Source: a virus (lineage: Duplodnaviria; Heunggongvirae; Uroviricota; Caudoviricetes). From it: a DNA stretch of 9,005 nucleotides. The notes below the pieces were generated by a model. The model had not been told where the DNA came from. It did no database searches and saw nothing but the letters and a program-made list of their open reading frames with translations. The position numbers and the translations under genes were made by a program. The stretch covers positions 1 to 9,005 of the IMG/VR virus record IMGVR_UViG_2734482785_000011; one strand, 5' to 3'. This document shows positions 1-6,197 of the stretch, piece after piece (position 1 is the first letter of the stretch; every line of letters starts with the position of its first letter).

Positions 1-473
1 CGATAGGTTGCAACACCAGTTGCACGTTGAGTCATGAACACGTCGGTTTGAGTCCAAGTGTCACCACCGAATTCTGGCAGGACGTCAGTCCACGCACCGA
101 TGTCGTATGCTACACCGTAGTTACGGCCGTAATCGATGGAGCCGTAGTCACCGAATTTCAGGCCAGCGAAGGCAAGACGGGTTTTGTCTTTGGAGGAACC
201 CTGAGATTCAGCGCGGTTGCCTTTGAATTCATATTCCCACTGACCGAAACCAGTCAGTTGATCGTTGATTTGGGTTTCACCTTTGAAGCCAAGACGAGCA
301 TAAGTTTTGTCACCATCGTGCTTATCGTTAGAGGAGAAGTAGTGCTCGGCATTAACTTTTCCATACAGATCCAGTTTGTTGCTGTCTTTGTTATAAATCT
401 CTGCTGCCTGAGCAGACATCGCCATTAATACTGACGCAGCTACAGCAGAGATTGCCACTGTTAATTTTTTCAT
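1..473 (-). CDS. nmpC: General porin of the OmpC/OmpF/PhoE family, N-terminal part only (start codon at 473-471, gene continues past position 1); NmpC/OmpD/Lc-type prophage porin
   Basis: Reverse-complement translation from the ATG at 473-471 gives [48 protein letters not shown]...[25 protein letters not shown]...[59 protein letters not shown]: signal peptide followed by the AEIYNKD mature N-terminus and conserved porin blocks. AGGA Shine-Dalgarno about 8 nt upstream on the minus strand. Symbol assigned from recalled similarity to NmpC, not from a search. Confidence 0.85.
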   Translation of the reverse strand, partial: MKKLTVAISAVAASVLMAMSAQAAEIYNKDSNKLDLYGKVNAEHYFSSNDKHDGDKTYARLGFKGETQINDQLTGFGQWEYEFKGNRAESQGSSKDKTRLAFAGLKFGDYGSIDYGRNYGVAYDIGAWTDVLPEFGGDTWTQTDVFMTQRATGVATY

Positions 474-716
474 CGTGAATCCTTAGTCCTTTTCGGAACT
501 ATTATTAAAAAATATTGTCACTGCGGCCTAAATATACATCTAATCGGTATGGCTATTTCAAGATACGGGGTTTATTTAATGATTTAGAGTGTGATCAAGA
601 TCTCGTTTATGCGTGGTAATAATTATTGGAGATGTTTTTGTAATGAGAGATGTGTTTCTGAAATGCAATGAAAAGTTATTATTTTTGTATTTTATAATGT
701 AAATTTTGCGTACTGG

Positions 717-730
717 TTTACGTACGTAAA
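717..730. promoter_or_regulatory. Perfect 14-bp palindrome TTTACGTACGTAAA in the divergent porin/small-ORF intergenic region; candidate operator for a dimeric regulator
   Basis: Sequence is its own reverse complement; it lies in a 450 bp AT-rich region between divergently oriented genes, next to a TATAAT hexamer at 693-698. Confidence 0.3.
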
Positions 731-923
731 AATTTAAATATGATGTTAAGAGTGGTCACTTTGCCACACAGCTTAAACCAGCCGCCAAGCGGGGTTTTTT
801 ATGCCCGAAAAGCGGCGCAGTACGTTAAACGCGCTGGTGGTTGCGAATACAGGTCTTTCAGCTTGATGGCTTTTTCGACAAGAGTTATTGGTATGTCACG
901 TTAACCAGAAAAGGGAAAAAGAC

Positions 924-1121
924 ATGCTAAAACAGCAGGATATGACCGAAACTGCCAGAGTGGTGTTTAATGAATTAAGCGTCACCGAACCGGCGACCGT
1001 CGGGGAAATTGCGCAGAATACTTACCTTTCACGCGAACGCTGCCAGTTAATACTGACCCAGCTTGTTATGGCGGGTCTGGCAGATTATCAGTTCGGTTGT
1101 TACAGACGCCTTCCTCAGTGA
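924..1121 (+). CDS. Small hypothetical protein (65 aa) with winged-helix/HTH-like character; alternative TTG start at 888
   Basis: ORF track 888..1121; the ATG at 924 is preceded by AGGGA about 7 nt upstream. Translation MLKQQDMTETARVVFNELSVTEPATVGEIAQNTYLSRERCQLILTQLVMAGLADY has an HTH-like segment (TVGEIAQNTYLSRERCQLIL). The stop codon sits inside a terminator hairpin. Confidence 0.5.
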   Translation: MLKQQDMTETARVVFNELSVTEPATVGEIAQNTYLSRERCQLILTQLVMAGLADYQFGCYRRLPQ

Positions 1122-1131
1122 AGGCTTTTTT
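1108..1131 (+). terminator. Rho-independent terminator (stem GCCTTC/GAAGGC, 6-nt loop, T6 tract) ending the small ORF transcript
   Basis: gccttc ctcagt gaaggc tttttt read directly; it overlaps the TGA stop at 1119-1121. Confidence 0.6.
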
Positions 1132-1271
1132 ATTTGTGGTAATGGGCGGCTGGTGGGTGTTAGCGGCACCTGCCAGCCATCTGCTCATGCGTTGGGGTCA
1201 CAAGCAAACCTCAGGCCCATCTGCTTTGCGCAAAAGCGGAATGAGCCTATCAGAGAAGTGCTTATTGATCT

Positions 1272-2318
1272 ATGGCTAATACTGTAAAAATATCCAGTTG
1301 TGAGTTAATCAACGCTGATTGCCTGGAATTTATCCAGACCTTACCGGAAAACTCTGTCGATCTGATAGTCACGGACCCGCCATACTTTAAAGTGAAGCCC
1401 GAGGGCTGGGATAACCAGTGGAAGGGCGACGATGATTATCTGAAATGGCTGGACCAGTGTCTGGCGCAGTTCTGGCGGGTACTGAAGCCTGCCGGAAGTC
1501 TCTACCTGTTCTGTGGTCATCGCCTGGCATCTGATATCGAAATCATGATGCGTGAGCGCTTTAATGTGCTGAACCACATTATCTGGGCGAAGCCGTCCGG
1601 ACGCTGGAACGGGTGCAACAAGGAAAGCCTTCGGGCGTATTTTCCGGCAACAGAACGCATTCTGTTTGCTGAACATTATCAGGGGCCATATCAGCCCAAA
1701 AATGACGGCTACGCGGCAAAGGGGCGCGAGCTTAAGCAGCACATCATGGCCCCGCTGATTTCTTACTTCCGTGATGCGCGTGAATCACTGGGGATAACGT
1801 CGAAACAGATAGCAGAAGCCACCGGAAAGAAAAACATGGCTTCGCACTGGTTTGGTACCAGTCAGTGGCAGTTACCGAACGAAGCTGATTACAGAAAACT
1901 GCAGGCGTTGTTTGCGCGTATTGCAGCAGAAAAACATCAACGCGGGGAACTGGAAAAGCCACACCACCAGCTGGTCAGCATATATAGTGAACTGAACCGG
2001 CAATATGCCAGCCTGCTGGATGAGTACAAATCTCTGCGGCGTTATTTTTCCGTATCGGCTGCCGTTCCGTATACGGATGTCTGGACGCACAAGCCTGTGC
2101 CGTATTACCCCGGCAAACATCCCTGTGAGAAACCGGCGGATATGTTGCGTCAGATAATTACCGCCAGCAGTCGTCCGGGAGATTTGGTGGCTGATTTTTT
2201 TATGGGGTCAGGCTCAACAATAAAAGCGGCACTTTCACTGGGACGCTGTGCGATTGGCGTGGAGCTGGAAGAAGAGAGATTTAATCAGACTGTGAACGAA
2301 ATAAAAAACTGCTGTTAA
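1272..2318 (+). CDS. DNA methyltransferase, beta-class amino-MTase (probably N6-adenine; N4-cytosine not excluded), 348 aa, no restriction partner in the window
   Basis: DPPY catalytic motif (motif IV) near the N-terminus (LIVTDPPYF) and an FxGxG AdoMet-binding motif (motif I) near the C-terminus (DFFMGSGST). The IV-before-I order defines the beta class. Single ATG start at 1272 (in-frame TGA stop at 1266-1268 just upstream); weak Shine-Dalgarno. Confidence 0.9.
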   Translation: MANTVKISSCELINADCLEFIQTLPENSVDLIVTDPPYFKVKPEGWDNQWKGDDDYLKWLDQCLAQFWRVLKPAGSLYLFCGHRLASDIEIMMRERFNVLNHIIWAKPSGRWNGCNKESLRAYFPATERILFAEHYQGPYQPKNDGYAAKGRELKQHIMAPLISYFRDARESLGITSKQIAEATGKKNMASHWFGTSQWQLPNEADYRKLQALFARIAAEKHQRGELEKPHHQLVSIYSELNRQYASLLDEYKSLRRYFSVSAAVPYTDVWTHKPVPYYPGKHPCEKPADMLRQIITASSRPGDLVADFFMGSGSTIKAALSLGRCAIGVELEEERFNQTVNEIKNCC

Positions 2319-2832
2319 TTTTTATGTTGGTGTTTTCTTTATTCTATAAAAACACAAAACATATACTTATATTTGCAGTAATTGACGCTATTTTTTGTTG
2401 AAAAAATATCCGGGCTTATTAATATCCATTCCCGGTTCCGAGGGAGAATAGGGAAATAATGCATACGTGGTCGTTTTGTTCCTCCTGAGGAACCACTGAC
2501 TAAGCTTTTTATCGTTGTGGCACTGGCGCATTGTTTTTGGCGAGGAAACAGGAGCACATGCTCATTCCGGGCTGTTATGGCCTCAGTGCTTATTTTTGGC
2601 CATCAGAATGGCGCATTGTCGAAAAGAAGTAGCAGGATTTAGCGTTGAGAGGCTGATGATGCGTCATTCTGATGCTGTTGCAGATATAATTTGAGGTGTA
2701 TCCCAGTGCGGGAGTGGCCGGGAATATTTTACGCCGAAGGTCACAACATATTGCTTATTGAGGCAGGTGATATGTTTCGGGAGGCACCCGACACCTCAAA
2801 CCTTATAATGATAGCGTGTTCTTTTAGTCATT

Positions 2833-2857
2833 AACCGCCGTGTCAGGCGGTTTTTTT
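2833..2857 (+). terminator. Strong rho-independent terminator (stem AACCGCC/GGCGGTT, loop GTGTCA, T7 tract); candidate late-operon terminator (tR'-like) or 3' end of an untranslated leader/sRNA
   Basis: aaccgcc gtgtca ggcggtt ttttt read directly. No plus-strand ORF of 60 aa or more in the 500 bp upstream. Confidence 0.6.
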
Positions 2858-3094
2858 ACGCAGCGGTATAAAAATATCATATTTAATAATTTCCAGAGAA
2901 ATAAAATTGTTTGTATATTGTCGGGCATGTGTTACTCGTGCGTGAAAAGTTCGCAAAAAATAAGAACAAAAAGATAAAGTTACATAACTTGACTTGATGC
3001 GTTATTGCTCCTGCATCATTTAACCGTATTATCAAAGGCGGTTCTGAGGGGGGGCACCTGTTCACCGATGATATTGATTCCCTGAAGAACCAAT

Positions 3095-3170
<76 letters not shown>

Positions 3171-3173
3171 TAT

Positions 3174-3248
<75 letters not shown>

Positions 3249-3609
3249 ACAGTAGACGAAATCTGGTTATATTAGGCACTGCACATTGATATGTGGGGCG
3301 TTTTCCTGATTCCTTACCGCGTCCTGTTCTGTAATATGTGATGCAGGTTACAGTCCAGTGCCATTTTTTTACAATAATGGCATGGTGCATTGTCGGTGGA
3401 GATTTTGTATTTCCTGGCAGGGGCCGATGATGCACTATCCCTGTGTTGTAAAATAATACCGCAGAGGTGTTCCTCAGTGCGAGGTGGAGGGAAGAGTCGG
3501 TTTAGCGAGAAAACACAGTACCTGTTATCAGGTCAGATATTTCGGGAGTCCTCCCCTGACACCTTTGTTTTATTACAATAAAAATACCCTATTTTCTGCA
3601 TTGACCAGC

Positions 3610-3630
3610 CGCCACCCAGGCGTTTTTTTT
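3610..3630 (+). terminator. Weak terminator-like hairpin (CGCC/GGCG, 5-nt loop) followed by a T8 tract
   Basis: cgcc accca ggcg tttttttt read directly; the short stem makes this the weakest of the stacked terminators. Confidence 0.35.
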
Positions 3631-3652
3631 ATTCACAATCCTGTTTCTTATG

Positions 3653-3673
3653 GCTCGCTACGGCGAGCTTTTT
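3653..3673 (+). terminator. Rho-independent terminator (stem GCTCGC/GCGAGC, loop TACG, T5 tract)
   Basis: gctcgc tacg gcgagc ttttt read directly. Confidence 0.5.
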
Positions 3674-3760
3674 CATATCTGCGTCACGTCCGGCGTACAT
3701 CGCATCAGATAACACCACACAAAAGGCATCTGCGGGTGTCTTTGACGGGGTGTTTTTTAC

Positions 3761-3782
3761 GGGCCGCTGGTGGCCCTTTTTT
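3761..3782 (+). terminator. Rho-independent terminator (stem GGGCC/GGCCC, loop GCTGGT, T6 tract) about 20 nt upstream of the holin-like gene start
   Basis: gggcc gctggt ggccc tttttt read directly; followed by AGGAG and the ATG at 3802. Confidence 0.6.
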
Positions 3783-3801
3783 ATTTACAGGAGAAAAAAG
3801 T

Positions 3802-4194
3802 ATGTCTGAACCCTTGTCCGGTTCCGGCACGGCTGCGGCGCTCGGCGGGGCGACGGTATTCGGGCTGTTTACCGGAACGGATTTCGGGATTGTGTTTGGT
3901 GCGTTCGCCGGAGCGTTATTTGTGGCAACGATGCCGCAGCAGCTTTCAGCCTGGCGTGTGGCGGCACATTTTCTGGTGTCGTTCATTGTCGGTGTGCTGG
4001 GCGCAGAGGTTCTGGCATCCTGGCTGGTAAAGCATACAGGGTTTGACGGTGCGCCTGTCGACGCACTGTGTGCAGTGCTGGTGTCAGTGGTGTCGGTGAA
4101 GATTCTCTCGTTCATCCACCAGCAGGATATTGCATCACTGGTGTCTGGCCTGTTCTCCCGCCTGCGGGGTGGAGGAGGCGGCAATGTTAAGTAA
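3802..4194 (+). CDS. Putative holin (130 aa, 3-4 predicted transmembrane helices), first gene of the lysis cassette
   Basis: ATG at 3802 preceded by AGGAG at an appropriate spacing. The ORF-track entry 3484..4194 is the same frame with a spurious N-terminal extension. Product MSEPLSGSGTAAALGGATVFGLFTG...VLGAEVLASWLV...ALCAVLVSVVSVKILSF is strongly hydrophobic with a short charged C-terminus, and sits immediately upstream of an endolysin. Confidence 0.6.
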   Translation: MSEPLSGSGTAAALGGATVFGLFTGTDFGIVFGAFAGALFVATMPQQLSAWRVAAHFLVSFIVGVLGAEVLASWLVKHTGFDGAPVDALCAVLVSVVSVKILSFIHQQDIASLVSGLFSRLRGGGGGNVK

Positions 4195-4462
4195 CCTTCC
4201 CGGATTACTGAATGTGGCGTTATGCACGGTTATCGTGCTGACGCTCTTTTTTTATCGTCGCCGTGATTCCAGACATAAACCGCTGATGTCATGGCTGGCC
4301 TGGCTGCTGATGCTGCTGTATGCCTTTGCGCCCCTCAGCTATCTGTGTGGTCGCCCGTTAGCAACGGGCTGGCTGGAAGTGTTTTTTAATCTGCTGTTCT
4401 GCGTGCTGGTGATACGCGCACGCGGGAACGTCACAAAAATCTTTCCATTGTTGAGGCACTGA
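4184..4462 (+). CDS. Small membrane protein (92 aa, 2-3 transmembrane helices); putative second holin, antiholin or lysis-associated protein
   Basis: ATG at 4184 preceded by GGAGGAGG; overlaps the stop of the upstream gene (4192-4194) and ends 1 nt before the endolysin ATG, indicating translational coupling. Product MLSNLPGLLNVALCTVIVLTLFFYRRRDSRHKPLMSWLAWLLMLLYAFAPLSYL... The ORF-track TTG start at 4130 is rejected in favour of the ATG. Confidence 0.55.
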   Translation: MLSNLPGLLNVALCTVIVLTLFFYRRRDSRHKPLMSWLAWLLMLLYAFAPLSYLCGRPLATGWLEVFFNLLFCVLVIRARGNVTKIFPLLRH

Positions 4463-4463
4463 G

Positions 4464-5009
4464 ATGAAATCAAAGGACGTCATTTTTGATGAAATCCTCG
4501 GAAAAGAGGGTGGCTACGTCAATCATCCGGATGATAAAGGCGGGCCGACAAAATGGGGTATTACGGAAAAAGTCGCTCGCGCTCACGGATATCGCGGCGA
4601 TATGCGCGACCTTACACGCGGTCAGGCGCTGGAAATACTCGAGGCGGATTACTGGTTCGGACCACGTTTTGACCAGGTCGCCGCATTATCCCCTGATATT
4701 GCTGCAGAGTTGTGTGATACCGGTGTGAATATGGGGCCGTCCGTAGCATCGAAAATGCTCCAGCGCTGGCTGAACGTTTTCAACCTGCAAGGCAAATTGT
4801 TCCCGGATATGGACGCAGACGGGCGTATCGGCCCCCGCACGATTAATGCACTACGGACTTATCTGCAAAAACGCGGCAAAGACGGCGAACTGGTGATGCT
4901 GAAGGCGCTGAATTGCACGCAGGGTGACCGCTATCTGGAGCTGGCAGAAAAACGCGAGGCCAACGAGTCGTTTGTCTACGGCTGGATGAAAGAGCGCGTA
5001 GCAGTTTAA
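4464..5009 (+). CDS. Endolysin, glycoside hydrolase family 108-type N-terminal domain with a C-terminal peptidoglycan-binding domain (181 aa), no signal peptide
   Basis: N-terminal motif ILGKEGGYVNHPDDKGGPTKWGIT matches the GH108 signature (EGGY catalytic region). C-terminal half (RIGPRTINALRTYLQ...) resembles PG_binding_3 domains. GAGG Shine-Dalgarno 7 nt upstream. Confidence 0.9.
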   Translation: MKSKDVIFDEILGKEGGYVNHPDDKGGPTKWGITEKVARAHGYRGDMRDLTRGQALEILEADYWFGPRFDQVAALSPDIAAELCDTGVNMGPSVASKMLQRWLNVFNLQGKLFPDMDADGRIGPRTINALRTYLQKRGKDGELVMLKALNCTQGDRYLELAEKREANESFVYGWMKERVAV

Positions 5010-5103
5010 AAACTGACGCTGAAGTGCTGAACACCCTCAACTCATGCTGGCTCTTTTCTGGGGCTACGATGAGCGAAAGTAAGGGGCATAGTATCAGATA
5101 GCA

Positions 5104-5141
5104 AAAACCCCGGCTGCGGTAACAGTCCGGGGTTTTCTGTT
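5104..5141 (+). terminator. Rho-independent terminator after the lysis cassette; perfect 10-bp inverted repeat AAAACCCCGG/CCGGGGTTTT flanked by A- and T-tracts (possibly bidirectional)
   Basis: aaaaccccgg (5104-5113) and ccggggtttt (5127-5136) are exact reverse complements; a T-rich tract follows. Confidence 0.6.
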
Positions 5142-5205
5142 TCTGGCCTTGGGTAAGGCAAAGGAGAACATGAGGAAGTATAAACTAATCCTGTTGAGGT
5201 TGACT

Positions 5206-5352
5206 ATGAAAAACGGCCTTGAATTGAAAGCGCCTGTAACTGATGACATCAGCAGAGCGGTGGCTTTTGCCATTAAGTGGGTGGCGGTTGGCATCGCCGT
5301 GTCTCCGATACTGTATGGGCTGGCAAAATTGATTGTTGCTCTGAAATCGTGA
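5206..5352 (+). CDS. Small single-TM peptide (48 aa), hypothetical; paralog of the 5533..5619 peptide
   Basis: ATG at 5206 with GAGG 6 nt upstream (alternative ATG 5170, TTG 5149). Product MKNGLELKAPVTDDISRAVAFAIKWVAVGIAVSPILYGLAKLIVALKS has a C-terminal hydrophobic helix. Confidence 0.4.
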   Translation: MKNGLELKAPVTDDISRAVAFAIKWVAVGIAVSPILYGLAKLIVALKS

Positions 5353-5532
5353 GTGGTGATGGGTGTCATGAGGGACATGGCAACTGATGATAAAAGCAGA
5401 AACAACTCCGCAGGGTGCTGACGATGCTGCAAAAATCATCGCGGTATGTCGGGGAATCAGGTACATACTGACGCCAGTTGCATGGATTATTTGTACCGCA
5501 CTGGTTGCATACACAACAATTTATTTAAACAG

Positions 5533-5619
5533 ATGAGTGCTGATTTTATTCGGGCGGTGGCTTTTGCCATTCGTCTTGTGGCGGTCGCTGTTCTGATTTG
5601 GGCTGTGCGTTGGTGGTGA
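5533..5619 (+). CDS. Small hydrophobic peptide (28 aa from ATG 5533; 57 aa if started at ATG 5446), paralog of the 5206..5352 peptide; possibly a decayed copy
   Basis: Product MSADFIRAVAFAIRLVAVAVLIWAVRWW shares the core RAVAFAI[KR].VAV with the upstream peptide. The 18-nt run gcggtggcttttgccatt is identical at 5257-5274 and 5554-5571. No clear Shine-Dalgarno. Stop TGA at 5617-5619 lies 1 nt before the next ATG. Confidence 0.3.
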   Translation: MSADFIRAVAFAIRLVAVAVLIWAVRWW

Positions 5620-5620
5620 T

Positions 5621-5803
5621 ATGACGCGAAAACACTGGACACACAGAATGCCGCGAACGGCGGCGAAATGGGCACTGGTAGCGATACTGGTGCCTTTTTT
5701 ATTGGTGGGATGCGTCAGTCTGGATAAGGCGCGCCAGCTTTTCGGTACAGCTTCTCAGGTCTGCGAAATTGTTGATAGTGTCCGGCAGTGTATGCAGAAC
5801 TGA
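5621..5803 (+). CDS. Small lipoprotein (60 aa precursor; lipobox LVGC; mature part about 30 aa with three cysteines); alternative start ATG 5648
   Basis: Product MTRKHWTHRMPRTAAKWALVAILVPFLLVGCVSLDKARQLFGTASQVCEIVDSVRQCMQN: positively charged n-region, hydrophobic core, L-V-G-C lipobox. Confidence 0.5.
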   Translation: MTRKHWTHRMPRTAAKWALVAILVPFLLVGCVSLDKARQLFGTASQVCEIVDSVRQCMQN

Positions 5804-5846
5804 CCGACGGTGAGAGCAGAATATTTTTTTAGAGGAGCGAAATTCT

Positions 5847-6197
5847 ATGCCATCACGAATCCCACACGCCTGCCGTAAGCGTGGATGTGCAGGTACAACC
5901 ACAGACAGTTCTGGTTACTGCGATAAACATCGTGGCGAAGGATGGGTACAGCATCAACGCGGACTGAGCCGCCACCAGCGTGGCTATGGCTCGAAATGGG
6001 ATGCCATACGTGCGCGCATACTGAAGCGTGATAATCATCTGTGTCAGAACTGCCTGCGCAATGGGATAGCCGTTGAAGCCAGAACTGTGGACCACATCAT
6101 CCCGAAAGCGCATGGTGGAACAGACGCAGACAGTAACCTGCAGAGTCTGTGCTGGCCCTGCCATAAAGCAAAAACAGCGCGCGAACGCATCAATTGA
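5847..6197 (+). CDS. HNH homing-type endonuclease (116 aa), the packaging-associated HNH protein of HK97-like phages
   Basis: GAGGAG Shine-Dalgarno 9 nt upstream of the ATG at 5847. HNH motif ...TVDHIIPKAHGGTDADSNLQSLCWPCHKAKT plus N-terminal Cys-rich segment CRKRGCAGTTTDSSGYCDKH. Sits immediately upstream of the terminase genes. Confidence 0.9.
   Translation: MPSRIPHACRKRGCAGTTTDSSGYCDKHRGEGWVQHQRGLSRHQRGYGSKWDAIRARILKRDNHLCQNCLRNGIAVEARTVDHIIPKAHGGTDADSNLQSLCWPCHKAKTARERIN

Noticed and set aside
27-428. 133-aa plus-strand ORF
   Set aside because: It lies antisense to the clearly coding porin gene and has no Shine-Dalgarno and no recognisable protein character; shadow ORF.
1-473. IpeX-like porin-regulating sRNA associated with prophage porin genes
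   Set aside because: As I recall, that sRNA maps to the 3' side of the porin gene, which lies outside this window; only the 5' end and promoter region are present here.
1063-1287. Two overlapping small plus-strand ORFs (1063..1287 and 1097..1279) in the spacer between the wHTH ORF and the methyltransferase
   Set aside because: They overlap the terminator and promoter region, lack a Shine-Dalgarno, and have low-complexity or atypical composition; more likely non-coding spacer holding the MTase promoter.
1341-2120. Minus-strand ORFs 1341..1742, 1744..1962 and 1872..2120
   Set aside because: Antisense shadow ORFs inside the methyltransferase gene, whose motifs confirm the plus-strand frame.
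3046-3056. G7 homopolymer run (3048-3054) upstream of tRNA-Thr as a possible phase-variable tract
   Set aside because: Too short and not within a coding sequence or a defined promoter spacer.
3249-3801. Toxin (stx-like) or other cargo gene between the tRNAs and the lysis genes
   Set aside because: No ORF with a credible start and coding character; the interval holds only hairpins and T-tracts.
3484-4194. 236-aa version of the holin-like ORF, and ORFs 3390..3581, 3705..4184 (minus) and 3770..4030
   Set aside because: The long form would start at a non-ATG codon and run through three terminator hairpins; the AGGAG-ATG at 3802 is the credible start. The others are out-of-frame or antisense shadows in a GC-rich gene.
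4486-5040. Internal or antisense ORFs within the endolysin gene (4486..4728 plus; 4649..4840 and 4843..5040 minus), examined as possible embedded Rz1-like genes
   Set aside because: None encodes a signal peptide with a lipobox or a proline-rich lipoprotein; they are treated as frame shadows.
5094-5902. Minus-strand ORFs 5094..5432, 5185..5514, 5487..5675 and 5699..5902
   Set aside because: Antisense to the small-peptide/lipoprotein cluster and HNH start, crossing a terminator; no independent support.
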